Source of the DNA: Octopus sinensis
Lineage: Eukaryota
Reading direction: 5' to 3'
NCBI RefSeq assembly: GCF_006345805.1
Contig: NC_043015.1
Span: 43,028,001-43,092,000, forward strand
Length of the DNA stretch: 64,000 bases
This document shows positions 38,085 to 52,004 of the stretch, in pieces. The position numbers and the translations under genes were made by a program. The notes under the pieces are model-generated. The model did no database searches. It worked only from the letters and a program-made list of their open reading frames with translations, and was not told where the DNA came from. How positions within the stretch are numbered: position 1 is the stretch's first letter; each line of letters begins with the position of its first letter.

Positions 38085-40040
38085 AATTCTTTTTTATTGG
38101 CCACAAGGGCTGACACGCATGATTACATAAAGGGACAAGACAGGACGAAAGGTTACAAGGGTTTGTCCGTTTTGTTAAAAAATCCGTGTAAAAACTTTAA
38201 ACATGATTATTAAAACAATTGAAAACTCCCAAAAGGGGAGAACGTCTCGAAAGGTTCCTGGTGGAAAAACCCTACAAAAAGCCAACGGACCTGGTCAAAA
38301 AAAGGGGTGTAGAGAGTCCCCTTTCTTCTCCTTTTACATTACCTTTTTCTTTGAAATCACAGGCGAAACCTGAGAACTGGTTTCATTTATACAGGCCAGT
38401 CTCGCACAATTCACCCACCTTTCATAAACTTGCTATCGGACAGCACTTTCCTCTCTAACCTCATCTTCCTTTTCAAGTGAAACTTGAAAAAGTTGATGAG
38501 GCCTTGACCAAAGAGGAAGTGTCTGTCTTTAGCCCTTTCAAAAGTCACGTCACCACACACCACGACCTCTTTCGCCACAGCCACTAGCACAAGAAAACGG
38601 CCTCGCCTCTCCTTGTTAAAGGAGGTCGGCGGGGCAATCTTCACTATGGATTCGGGCGATAGTCGGATCCGTCCTACACGTGACAGTAGCTGTTCGACAT
38701 AAACCCATATTTCAGCAATACTCGGGCACTGGACGAGTGCGTGCAGGACTGTTTCGTAGTCCTGGCAACACCTCGGGCATGCCCGGCTGACGGCACTTCT
38801 GTGCCGGTAGAGTTTATCTCGAACAGGCAGAGCCCCTCGGTAGCACTGCCAGGCGAGGAGACTCTGGAAATTATCCATCGGTCCCCGGCCCGAAAGTCCC
38901 TCCCGAACAGACCGCACAGTTCGTCATCTTCAACGCTAGAGTTTCCCGAGAACGTCGTCGCATTTTTCCTCCTCCACTAACCCTCTATTAGAACCGCTAG
39001 AGTGGAGCTGTAAACCGACCGCATTGCCCGCCTGGTGGGGCGGAGAGGGTTGACGGCACTCGAGGTGCCAAGCGCCCTTTCTCGGTTCTACGTTTGATCC
39101 AGGTCTGCAGCTCCGTCAAGAGACGAGCTGCGGAAAATCGCGTCTGACAAAAGACGACCACCCCTGTTCACCGTCTAGGAGCGCTTGAGATGCCGCAGCC
39201 TGAGCGCATGTCTGCGCAACAGCAACCACGGCATTCCAAGGCCTCCGTTCAGCGGTCGTTGACCAGCAGATGGATCGCCTGACCAGTGGCACCTGACCGT
39301 TCCACAAAAAGTCGAAGAAGGCATGCGTACCAGCTTGGCCAACCAGCGGTCGGGACAAGGACGACGGTCAAAGCGGTAATAGATGACGGATGCGATGTAC
39401 GCATTCGCCACCCCTCCGCTCGACGCTTTCATGGACCAGCTTCCTCTCGGCCCATTTCTGGGTGAACGTGCCACCCTGCTCGTCACCTCTTCCCAGTTCT
39501 TATCCACCTGGAGGTCCGGACCCGAACCAGACCCCGAGCAGTTTAACGGTCCGTCTGTCCAGCGCCCTACGACGCTGGTTGGACGTATGGGCTTGCCTCT
39601 CCAGGTGCCCAGTTGCAAGCCCACAACTTTTTCGCGTTAATCTTTGCCCCTGTCACCGCTTCGTACTGGTTTAAGCGTCTCGCCAATCAGGCCAATGTGC
39701 CTGTGGCTGTCGACACCAGCCACGGTGACGGCTCGTCGGCATAAGCAGACACGCTGTTTCCGCCTCCTCCTAGATCGCGCGGGATGCCCCTCAAAGCCTC
39801 CAACTTGCGCAGTAATGGCTCGAGAGTCAAAATGTACAAGAGGGAGGAGAGAGGGCATCCGTGGGCGGACCGAACCTCGAGATGTCGAACGGTTCCCGAA
39901 AGGTGACCGTTCACCCGTATCACCGAGCAGATGTTGCTGTATAAGCAGCGATCCACCCGCGGAAGACTGGACCGAAGCCGGCTGCCTTGAGGACAGCTGC
40001 CAGGTACCGATGGTCGACCCTATCGAAGGCTTTACTCTGA
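38085..40040 (-). mobile_element. 5'-truncated L1/Tx1-type LINE (RT domain, C-terminal zinc finger, 3'UTR), frameshifted
   Basis: QSKAFDRVDHRY, GCPLSSLLYILTLEPLLRKL, SAYADE, LNGGLGMP and CPRC..ETVLHALVQCP. AATAAA then (TTA)n. GC- and CpG-rich relative to the flanks. Confidence 0.9.
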
Positions 40041-41101
40041 AGGAGAATCTTTGTTGCCTTTTAGGCTGAAGTGGGTGTTTTGTACGAGTTGTGTGTGTTT
40101 GCGGAGGGTTGTATCTTGAAGGAAGGAACAGCCAACTGTTCGCTTCATAGCCATGTTTTTTTTTGTTGTAATATTCAAATTTGAAAATGTCAAATGTTTC
40201 AATTTTCAAACGTAATTTCACCCCATTCACCCCGAATGGGGCAAAATTTCGCCCAACCGACGAGCTCCGCAAGAAGCCGGTCGGTTTGGCTACAAAAATA
40301 TTTAAAAATATTCAAACCTACAATAGATTTCCAATGAAATTGGTGTCAAATCACGGAGCTGATTCATGTACGTCCATCGGCGTCGGAAGGAATAATAATA
40401 ATAATAATAATAATAAGTGCTGAGCTTGATTCATTAGACTTAAGTCCTCAAAGGCAGTACCCCACCACCCAGCATGGTTGCAGTCAGATGAGTGAAATAG
40501 GATGGAAACTGAAAGAAGCCTATCATGTATGTATATAAATATGTATGTGTGTGTGTGTCTGTGTTTGTCCCCCCAACATCATTTGACAACAGATGCTAGT
40601 GTTTTTACGTCCCCGTAACTTAGCGGTTTGGCAAAACAGACTGATATGGTTTAACTCTTTCGAAACTAACCAACCTAAGACAGCCCCTACTTCAATGATA
40701 CAAATTTCCTGTTCCAAAGTAATCTAGTAGAGTTCTTGTGCGAGTCCTCAGTTGGAGTCAGTGTCAGTTACATGATATATACGAGTTCGAATTACCGTCA
40801 AGGTAGACATTTCAAAGTCATTGTCTTGTGGAGCATTCAGCAATTAGCCTGATAGATAAGTCAAAGACAATAAGACACGAAATATCGCCACAACATAATA
40901 GTGGCAACAAGAATATTACAGTGCTGACAATAACATACAAGTGGACGAATTTAGGAAAGAATTATGCACAAAGGAAGGTAACCTTCTCACCACAGGGTCC
41001 TGTCCTTGTTGCAGTGTCATGGCTTGTGTAGCTCAATAGCCCTGAAAACTAAGCTAGCAGAGCACAAGCTCTTGGTAGAATTTCCCATGCTAGACAAATC
41101 A

Positions 41102-41443
41102 AGCTTTGGTGTTGGAGAAGACTTTTGCGGATTCCATGGACAGCGAGGCTCACCAATGGAGAAGTTCTTAAGCAGATAAGATCGAAAATGTCGCTAGAAG
41201 CTGGGATCACCAAGCGTAGATTGGCATATTTCGGTCATATTATGCGGAGAAAATCCCTGGAGAAGAACATCATGCTTGGAATGGTCAGTGGCAAGAGATG
41301 AAGAGGCCGACCAAGAACCCGCTGGCTTGACACCATCAGGAGACATAGCCAATCTGAAGGAAGCGGCCCAGGATAGAACTGACTGGAGGACACTGATCCA
41401 ATGAGTGACCGAGAGTCGACTTCGACTGAGCGGATAGAGAGAG
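41102..41443 (+). mobile_element. BovB-like RTE LINE 3' fragment
   Basis: LWCWRRLLRIPWTAR..YFGHIMRRKSLEKNIMLGMVSGKR*RGRPRTRWLDTI. Tail gagagtcgacttcgactgagcg. Confidence 0.85.
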
Positions 41444-41574
41444 ACAAATTAAAAGACAGACCAAACTAAAATGGACCACCTGTTCCTAGAGGTAAAAATA
41501 GGTTGCATAAGGCCAACACCACTATTAGAGAAAAAAGAAAAGTTAAGTTACAAAAGCATTGATAATAATCAAAA

Positions 41575-41962
41575 CACGCCGGGCAAAATGCTTAGCGGTA
41601 TTTCGTCTGCCGCTACATTCTGAGTTCAAATTCCGCCGAGGTCGACTTTGCTTTTCATCCTTTCGGGGTCGATTAAATAAGTACCAGTTACACACTGGGA
41701 TTGATATAATCGTCTTAATCCGTTTGTCTGTCCTTGTTTGTCCTCTCTATGTTTAGCCCCTGGTGGGCAGTAAAGAAATAGGTATTTCGTCTGCCGTTAC
41801 GTTCTGAGTTCAAATTCCTCCAAGGTCGACTTTGCCTTTCATCCTTTCGGGGTCGATTAAATAAGTACCAGTTACACACTGGGATTGATATAATCGACTT
41901 AATCCGTTTGTCTGTCCTTGTTTGTCCTCTCTGTGTTTAGCCCCTTGTGGACAATAAAGAAA
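41575..41962 (+). mobile_element. Multimeric tRNA SINE (2 units)
   Basis: Same junction. Ends in ccccttgtggacaataaagaaata. Confidence 0.85.
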
Positions 41963-42307
41963 TAGATAATAATTCAAAACCAACAAAATAAGGGAGAAAA
42001 AAGATTTTGCCCAAAGTCAAGAACAGGAGAGAAAAGCTGTCAATGTCCTTCCTATGTCCAATTAAGAGTGAAGGGCTGAAGTACCCTGCAGGGTTATCAA
42101 GCAGATTTATGATAAACAATTTAGCATTCAGATTATTCTGTCAAACGTGATGCTCATTTATTCCCATTGTTTTGAATTAATCATGCATTTTCTCATGGCC
42201 TTGTGAGCTTCATTGAGAATTACATTTTAGGGCAGGTGTGAGAAGCAGGATCTGCGGGTTTGTATATAAAACAGGTGGAATATTTGACCTGGATATGACT
42301 GGTTTAA

Positions 42308-42528
42308 CCCTTTAGTGGTTGCATTATTCTGCCAAAATTAATCCTTTATTATCCACATTGCCTTGAACTAATCGGGCATTATCTTGGTGCTATGAGATTT
42401 TGATGAGGTAGCTGTTAATTTTTAAAACGATATTGTAGGGCTGGTGTGAGAGACCAGATCTGTCCAGTCTGAACATAAAACAGGTAGAATACTTTTGGCC
42501 GGATATGGCCGGTTTAAATGCTAAAGGG
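42308..42528. mobile_element. piggyBac-type MITE nested in an older relative
   Basis: TTAA|CCCTTTAG..CTAAAGGG|TTAA. The older copy runs about 42115-42303 and resumes at 42533. Confidence 0.8.
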
Positions 42529-43005
42529 TTAAATGCCATAAAGGTGAAAGTTTTCTAGCCATGACCAACCTCGCTCCTTTGTGAGAGATTATATAATTGC
42601 TAGTGTAGCATTTATTCAAAAGCGGCAGGGATGTGACATGAGGGAATTTTGGTTGCTATTTTGAACAAGATGAGCAACCACAAAGACACCACCTAACTGG
42701 TTCGTCACTGATTTATAGGGAAAGGAAAAGAAATTACTTTGCAGCTGGGTAATGATAGGAAAGTGTCTTGCTCAAGGTGACAATGTAATTACCCATTTTC
42801 AGAGGGGGGGAAAAATCTTTAACATTAGACATCGTTAAATATGGATGAGGTTGATGACCTTAGGGCTATAATCTGGTAATTAACGGAAAGGGGGTGTTTA
42901 ACACCGAAAATGAGAAATTGTAGAATAATTCCTGCAGAACAGGAAGACAGAGTAAGAGAAATATACATACATTTTTATGTATTATATATATATATATATT
43001 ATATA

Positions 43006-43061
<56 letters not shown>

Positions 43062-43292
43062 TTGCAAAGAGTACACAAAGAAGAGTATAAGAAAGTGAAG
43101 GAAAATATGCACACACAAACACACGGGGACAGACATGTACAAAGGGACAGATAAACAAATTCGGTGACACACACACAAACACATATGGAGACACCATCTG
43201 ACATACATGTAAGATCAAACGTATGTACAGATTTTTCACACAAATATGGTTACACGGACATTTATAGATGTCTCAGACAGACAAGATTACTC

Positions 43293-43323
<31 letters not shown>

Positions 43324-44695
43324 ATCAGATATGCAAGCAGAATCAATCATACATATGCATACAAATTTCCCACATAGAGATTCATCATCATCATCATCGT
43401 CATCATCATCATCATCGTCATCATCATCATCATCGTCATCATCATCATCATCGTCATCATCATCATCATCGTCATCATCATTTAATGTCGGTTTTCCTCA
43501 GATCTCTCTGGCAGACAAGATTACACACATACCACACACACACACACACGTTTTACAGACACAGGTGACACAGGGATAAGACGGCGGAGTGTTTACGGAG
43601 ATCGAGAAGTGCAAAAAGTGCCATACACAGCAGAATAAATTCCAAGAGTTTCCTTGATTTAAACCACTGGCGGTGAACTGGCAGAATTGTTAGAGTGCCA
43701 GACAGAAGGTGTCGTGGTATTCGTTCTGAGTCTCTTTGCCCAGAGTTCAAATCTCATTACGATCAACTTTATACTCCATCTGTCCAGGTTTGATAATTAA
43801 AAAAAAAGCAATAATGAAAAAAAAAGTACTGATAAAAAAACAAAATAGTACCAGTAAAAAAAGAGCAATAAAAACACACCGTTAAAAAAAAAAGTACAAG
43901 AAATCCTTCGGTCACGAATGACCATGGGATTGAACCTAGAAAGTTCTCCTCCAAGGCACAAGGCTGAGCAAGGTTGTTTATAGAAGACCTGCAGTCGCCC
44001 ATGCATATCAACCTCCTCTTTCCACACCACCGATGTTATCCAAGGGAAAGACAAAGACTAATGCAGTGTGACACCAGTGATGTCACAACTCTTTCTTTTT
44101 TTTCAGGTGAGGGAACTGGAGTAACATGAAATAAAAAGTCTTGCTCAAGAACACAACACGCAGCCCGGTCTGGGAATCAAACTCACTACCTCATATTGTG
44201 AGCCTCACGCTCTAACCACCCAACCATGTGCTTCACAATATAAAAGTACAAATAACAAAAAAGGCACCCAAAAAAATACCAATAAGTACCATTAAAAAAA
44301 AAATAATTGGAGCAGTAGTTTAGTGGAGCAGTAAGAACATTGGATCAGATGTCTTATGGTATTTATACCAATTCTTTACATTCCAAGTTCAAATCTTGTA
44401 ATAGCTTATTTGGTTGGTAGACTTAACCCAACACCTGAGGCGTTGGAGGTCTCTAGGAGAGACCACTCTTTTGCAAAACATGCAGGTCAAGTCACTGGTT
44501 TGAGGATATCTCCGTCCCTCCTTGGAGGTTCTGCAAAGGGTCGACCTGTATCTCCACATGTTTCTATGCTAACGAGAAAAGTGTTGAAATGTATTTCTGT
44601 AGTGGCTCGAGCATAAATTGACTGAATCTCAAGAGTTGAAATTGTGCCAAGGAAGATCTTGAATAAATTTAACAGTGTCATGGGAGCATCAGAAA

Positions 44696-44768
<73 letters not shown>

Positions 44769-44922
44769 TGCACAAATGAGGTTGAGGAATACAGATGGTA
44801 GGTTTTGGATTAACTTAACTCTTCTCAACAAAGAGGAAGGAACTTGTATAGGAAAATAAAAGGGGGAAAAAAAACCTTTGATAGAAAAGACAGAATGAGT
44901 GCAGTAAGTTACACATATAAAT

Positions 44923-44979
<57 letters not shown>

Positions 44980-44980
<1 letters not shown>

Positions 44981-45257
44981 TGGTTAGGGTAGTGGACTCG
45001 CGGTTGGAGGATCTTGGTTTCAATTCCCAGACTGGGCGTTGTGAGTGTTTATTGATCGAAAACACCCAAAGCTCCACGAGGCTCCGGCAGAAGGTGGTGG
45101 CGATCCCTGCTGTACTCTTTCGCCACAACTTTCTCTCTTTCTTCTGTTGGCCTGCTCGCTTAGTCAGCGGGGTGGAGTCATTTGGAGGCTAAAACACATT
45201 GTAACCAGCGATGTGTAGCAACATCTGATAGCCTGGTCGGTCACAGTGATCACAGTC
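44980..45257 (+). mobile_element. tRNA SINE (7082-7383 family)
   Basis: Colinear with 7082-7383. Confidence 0.8.
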
Positions 45258-45397
45258 ATATATATACATATATATACATACATATATATAGGTAAGTAGA
45301 GCTAGCAGTTGGAATAACCGTCTAACAGATAAGAATATCCGTTCTTACTACCAGTATCACTTACTTATATCCTGGGCATGGATATGCAAACACACTA

Positions 45398-45775
45398 TAA
45401 TGATAATAATAATAATGAAATTGTTGTATACAGTGCTTAGGTGCACTACAACTTGTCAAAAGTGCATATAAAGTATATGCAGTAATGTACAAATGTCTGA
45501 AAGTGAACAGTGTATGAGTCAGATACATGCTTGCTTGTGTGTATGGAGGGGAGAAAATCAGGTGTAATGTTGGCAAATCTCAGGAAGCATGGAAGTTTTG
45601 AAGGATGCAGTGCTCCGACAACTAACAACTGATGCCAGCAGTTTGTTCCATGCTTCAGCGACTCTCAGCCTGAATAAATGTTTCCGAAAGTCATGGGAGC
45701 CGTGCTGTTTTCTGACTTTGTAAACATGTCCAAGGGTGTTAGACAGATGGAGTTTGAAAAGGTGTTCAGAGATAT
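45398..45775 (-). mobile_element. CR1-type LINE 3' fragment
   Basis: NTLGHVYKVRKQH..RKHLFRLRVAEAWNKLLASVV..ASFK, followed by a (TTA)n tail. Confidence 0.75.
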
Positions 45776-46027
45776 TGTTTGCTCATAGGGTACAGGTAAT
45801 AACAGAATAAACAAAGTTTATCGGGAATCAAATTTAAAATAAGCAGAAAATGGAGAAAACTTTTGATCAACAAACATATTGACCAACATCGACCCCAGGA
45901 CTTATCTTTTGTAAGCCTAGTACTCATTCTATTGGTCTCATTTGCTGAACCAGTAAGTTACAGGGATGTAAACCAACCAATGTCAGCTGTCAAATGATGG
46001 TGGAAGGACCAACACAGACACGCACAA

Positions 46028-46059
<32 letters not shown>

Positions 46060-46232
46060 CATCCAGACATTTACCACATGTGGGATAACTATTTTTTTTC
46101 TATTTGTTTAATTATATGTGTATATTGTTTTTGTTTATTTTGTGCTACAAATATCGTAAAAGTACTCTGGCAGCATTAGAAGTGAGTCGGAAGACTGATG
46201 TTTGTTTGTTTGTATGTTTGTCATTTGTTGAC

Positions 46233-46269
<37 letters not shown>

Positions 46270-46286
46270 CATACATATATATATAA

Positions 46287-46326
<40 letters not shown>

Positions 46327-46332
46327 CATACA

Positions 46333-46411
<79 letters not shown>

Positions 46412-48374
46412 TATATACATACATATATATATATATACATACATATATATTATTATACAGCATATATAATACATACTATATATATACATACATATATATA
46501 TACATACATATATATTACTACATATATATATATATACATACATATATATTACAACATATATAATATATACATACATATATATATATATACATAACATAAT
46601 ATATATATATACATACATATATATATATACATACATATATATATATATACATACCTATATATATATATATATATAATATATATATATAGATAGAAGATAA
46701 CATACGGTGAAGCAGTTTAAAAAAGAAAGGCAATTGTACAAAACTAGCAGATCGTAAATAATGTATACAATTCTACATACATACATATTCACTCACTCAT
46801 CACAAACACAGGCTTACACTTATACACACATGTTTACCGAAAGAGGAAACTTCAGTCACCACTTTAAGTTTCATGCTATGTCGTATCTCTGACTGTAGCG
46901 AGGAAGGGATGTGTTCAAAAATGTGGATGGAGGTGGTGTATGCTTAAATTATATATCAATATCATCATCATCATCATGATTGTCATCATTCAACATCTTC
47001 CTTCCAAGCCGGTATGGATTGGGTGGTTTGACTAGAGATGCAAAGTCAGAAGATTGCACCAGACTCTACTGTCTGCTTTGGCATGGTTTTTGTGGCTGGA
47101 TACCCTTTTCCTAATGCCAACCAGTTTATAGAACGTACTGGGGGCTAGGAGAGAAAGAGAGAGAGAGAGAGAGTGAGAGCAAGCAGAGAGAGCAGGAGAG
47201 TAACTTAGTGGTTCAGCAAAAGAGACCGATAGAATAAGTACTAGGCTTCCAAAGAATAAGTCCTGGGGTCGATTTGTTTGACTAAAATCGGTGCTCCAGC
47301 ATTGCCGCAGTCAAATGACTGAAACAAGTAAAAGAGTACAAGAAAGATAAATAAATAAATAAATAAATAAGAAAAAGGAAGGTCACATGAGAGAATGTAC
47401 TCTTTGATATACTTATACCTGAAAAAGAAAAAAACTAGGTGATCAAGACTCAGGTCAAATTCTGTCTGACCAGAGATGACCTGGGGTTAAACAACACCAA
47501 CAAGAATAATTAGGATAAATGGATACAGACGAGGCTGTGTGGTTAAGAAGCTTGCTTTTCAACTGTGTGGTCTCAGGTTCAGTCCCACTGTGCAACACCC
47601 TGGACAAGTGTTTTTTTATTTTTATTATGGGTTTGATAGAAGGAGACTGGATGAAACCTATTGTTTGTGTGTATGTATATGTATGTGTGTGTGTGTGTGT
47701 GTTCACCCTTGTCCTGATTGATATTGTGGTAGCTGTAAATGAGCATCACCTTCATACAAGCGGGATTGTTTGTGCCTAGTATTCCGTGAAAGACACGTCC
47801 AGTCATGCGGAAATACTACCATTGCTTGGAAACAGGTGAGAGTAAGTGACAGTAAGAGCATCCCATCACAGAAAATCTACTCCCCCCCCCAGCGAATTCT
47901 GTCTAACCCATGCAAGCATAGAAAAGTGGGCATCACACTTATGATGAAGACGACGACGACGATGATGATGATGGTGATGGTGATGGCCATTGTTGCTCAT
48001 GTCTTTGATTCATAATTCTCTTTGATCAGAGATGAACTAGGATGTGGGGTGGAGGGAGGGGGCTAAAGAAGAAGAAGAACAGCAACAACAACAACAATAT
48101 TGTTAATTAGTATTCAAACAGAAAAATTCATGTTAAAAATTCATGCCTTTACAAATAACATTTTGGCTGATTTTAACCTTTGCATCATATAAATATCTAT
48201 GTAGCTGTCTATATGTGCATGTATCTGTATATGTATATATCCATATATGTGTGTGTGTGTATCCATTTATCTGTATATACCTGTGTGAAAGCGTGTATCT
48301 GTCTACTTATATAGATAAATAAATGTATATTTATCTACACTACATATATATTTCTGTATGTATATATATATATT

Positions 48375-48910
48375 GGCTACGGCCACGTTCGGATGGTTTT
48401 ATTGGCACACAATAAAACCATCCGAACGTGCCGTAGCCAGTACGCATCGACTGGCCTCCGTGCTGTGGGACGTAACAAGCACCATCTGATCGTGGCCGTT
48501 TGCCAGCCTCATCTGGCACCTGTGTCGGTGGCACATAAAAAAACCATCCAAGCGTGGCCGTTTGCCAGCCTCGTCTGGCACCTGTGTCGGTGGCACATAA
48601 AAAACACCATCCAAGCGTGGCCGTTTGCCAGCCTCGTCTGGCACCTGTGTCGGTGGCACATAAAAAACACCATCCAAGCGTGGCCGTTTGCCAGCCTCGT
48701 CTGGCACCTGTGTCGGTGGCACATAAAATCACCCACTACACTCTCGGAGTGGTTGGCGTTAGGAAGGGCATCAGCTGTAGAAACACTGCCAGATCTGGAC
48801 TGGACTGTGCAGCTTTCGGGCTCCCCAGACCCCAGTTGAACCGTCCAACCCATGCTAGCTGGAAAAAGCGGACGTTAAACGATGATGATGATGATGATGA
48901 TGATGATGAC
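48375..48910 (+). mobile_element. RTE 3'UTR fragment with an internal 63-bp tandem array (about 4 copies)
   Basis: gtggccgtttgccagcctcgtctggcacctgtgtcggtggcacataaaaaacaccatccaagc units and a (GAT)n tail. Confidence 0.8.
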
Positions 48911-49335
48911 ACACACACACAAACATACATAGAGTGCCATCTGAGCGTGATCGTTGCCAGAGCAGCTAACCGGCTTCAGTGCCGGTGGCACGTAAGAGGC
49001 AACATTCGAGCGGGGTCGTTGTCAGTGCTGCTGGACTAGCTTCTGTGCCGGGGACACGTAAAAGCACCCACTACACTCATGGAGTGGTAGGCGTTAGGAA
49101 GGGCATCTAGCTGTAGAAACTCTGCCAGATCAAGATTGGAGCCTAGTGCAGCCATCTGGTTTGCCAGCCCTCAGTCAAATCGCCCAACCCATGCTAGCAT
49201 GGAAAGCGGACGTTAAATGATGATGATGATACACACACACATCAACTTATCTATCTATCTATCTATATATATGTGTGTGTGTGTGTGTGTGTGGTGTGTG
49301 TGTGTCTATATATAGAGATTTATATGTGTGTGTGA

Positions 49336-49374
<39 letters not shown>

Positions 49375-49497
49375 CATCATCATCGTCTAACGTCCGTTTT
49401 AAAACGATGATGATGATGATATCTATATATATATATACACCCACACGCACATATAAATCTCTATATATAAACACACACACACACACACACACACACT

Positions 49498-49533
<36 letters not shown>

Positions 49534-49620
49534 AGAGTTTACAAAAAAAACAAAAGACGAAGACAGGTGGTGTACAAAACAAATGGATGTATTAGTATAA
49601 CGTTCAGGAATAGAAAAAGT

Positions 49621-49656
49621 CTTTTACATTTTGAGCCTACGCTCTTCTACAGAAAG
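49621..49656 (-). ncRNA. Minimal hammerhead-like motif (CTGTAGA core), decayed
   Basis: CTTT CTGTAGA A GAGC-GTAG-GCTC AAAAT GTA AAAG. Confidence 0.55.
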
Positions 49657-49723
49657 GGACACAGAAAAAACAAGGAGAGAAAAAATGTGTGTAGTGGCTA
49701 ACGATCTATCATGGCGTCTGATA

Positions 49724-49765
<42 letters not shown>

Positions 49766-50329
49766 ATATATATATAATATATATATATATGTATGTATCC
49801 TGTTGACTATATATATATCCCTGTTGATTCACTGAAGTGATAAGTTACAGGATTCAATACAAATGAAGACCGTTTTTTAATATATAAAAAACCCGAGAAG
49901 CTGTGATTTCCAGCACTTGGAGTTACTCATCTCTGACCAAACAGCTGGTATAAACCAAGCCTGGTTTTCATTTTGTGGCATACAAATATGATATAAGGCA
50001 GGTCAGGGCAGGGCAGAGCAGAGGAGAGTGTGGTGGGGTAGCAAGATGGTGGTGGTGTTCCGTTGTTATACAAGATACTCTTGGTGTTCCTTGGATACTA
50101 TTACGACCCGTGGTAATTAATTAGAAACATTTGTTTACATCGTCTTGTGACTACTGACCAAATTAACTGATCGTTGTTGTACAGTTTGGACGCTACGCCA
50201 ACGAGCATTTATTATTTAGTTGTGTTTTTACACTGCAACCTCGAAAGTCAAGCACATCAATCATGAAATTCTAGAAGAGAATAACAAAAATAAACTTTGT
50301 GCAATAATAATAATAATAATAATAGTAAT

Positions 50330-50750
50330 TATTATCATCATCACCATTGCCACCATCATCATCATCACCACCACCATCACCACCACCACCACAACGACCA
50401 TCATCATCACCACCACCATCATCATCCTCATCACTATCACCATCATCCTCATCATCACCACCATCATCATCATCACCACCATCATCATCACCACCACCAT
50501 CATCCTCATCATCACCACCACCATCATCATTGCCACCATCATCACCATCATCATCACCACCACCTCCATTTTCACCACCATTATCATCACCACCATCATC
50601 ATCACCACCAACATCATTCCCACCACCATCATCACCACCACCACCATCATCGCCACAATCATCATCACCATCATCATCACCATCATCACCACCACAACCA
50701 CCACTACCATCATCACTACCATCACCATCACTACCACCATCATCATCATC
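50330..50750. repeat. (CAT/CAC)n tract
   Basis: Low complexity. Confidence 0.85.
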
Positions 50751-51029
50751 AATTTATATATTTATTTCTGCCCCACTGACTCCACGTCTAGTCTTGCTGT
50801 CTTTAACCTTTAGAAATGACAGTGTTATCTATAAATATGCTGAGCAGTTGTTATTATTTTTCAATTCATTCAATAAAAACAGCTGTTGTGGCTGTTTTCG
50901 TTGTTGCTATTATTATTATTGTTGTTGTTGCTTAATTTCCAGGTCACTTCCAGATCAAGCAGACATATACGAACAAAGACAATCTTTCCTTGACCACCCC
51001 ATATTGTTTTTGCCCACATGCATGCAGAT

Positions 51030-51418
51030 CCAGTCATTTGACTGCAGCCATGCTGGAGCCACGCCTTTAGTTGAGCAAATCTACCCCAGGACTTCCTATT
51101 TGTAAGCCTAATACTTATTCTATCAGTGTCTTTTGCTGAACTGCTACGTTACGGGGACATAAACACACCAACATCAGTTGTCAACCGATGTTGGGAGGAC
51201 AAAGACAGACACACACCACACACACACATATATATACACACACACACACATACACGACAGGATTCTTTCAGTTTCGGTCTACCAAATCCACTCACAAGGT
51301 TTTGGTCAGCCCGAGTCTATAGTAGAAGACACTTGCCCAAGGTGCCACGCAGTGGGACAGAACCTGGAACCATGTGGTTGGTAAGCAAGTTACTTACCAC
51401 ACAGCCACGCATGCGCCT
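51030..51418 (-). mobile_element. CORE-type tRNA SINE
   Basis: Family match. Confidence 0.8.
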
Positions 51419-51973
51419 ATATATAAGTTCCTGTCATTTTTCCTTGCCCCCTCCTTAATTCTTCTGTCCCTCTGCCTCTACCTCTCTCTCTTCTCTTCCT
51501 ACATGACTGGCGTTCAGCCAAGCCTGATCTTTCTTTCTTGGTCTGGCTGTTGTCTGTGTAACATCGATATTCCTCCCTGTGCCTGTGAAATCTTGTATCC
51601 CTGCCATAAGGCTTCATTTCTACACACACCAGCTTAATTTCATTCGTCCTTAGTCGAAAGACACCTGTTTTTATGTCCTGTTATTATTTTTATTGTATGT
51701 GGGTAACACTGTCCGTTTTTTTTCCGTCCTTGATTTTGTATACACTCGCTGCTTCCTTCCAAGGAATCTAATGCTCTTAGCTTAGTTTTTCCTTGGGGCT
51801 GGCCAGATTGGAGCAATCTTGAGTAAAATCAGCCGAAATTGCAAAGATAATCTGGTACTCGACTGATGAAAGAAAACTTCGAATTACCCATCCTTGTTTC
51901 CTTTGTGTCATCTATCTGGATGTTTTGTTGTCCCTTTTTTGTATCACCAAACTGTGTTCTTGTCCCATTTTGT

Positions 51974-52004
<31 letters not shown>

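Noticed and set aside
40050-40420. Possible Helentron-like element next to the L1/Tx1 copy
   Set aside because: Its termini are not identifiable by eye.
48490-48730. CRISPR-like regular repeats, also at 4781-5558 and 25871-26180
   Set aside because: The units are fully repeated with no unique spacers, there are no cas genes, and the context is a eukaryotic TE region.
50220-51105. Poly-His/Pro/Ser/Thr ORFs, also at 23177-23816 and 11054-11845
   Set aside because: Trinucleotide-repeat artefacts, open in several frames, with no splice or domain support.
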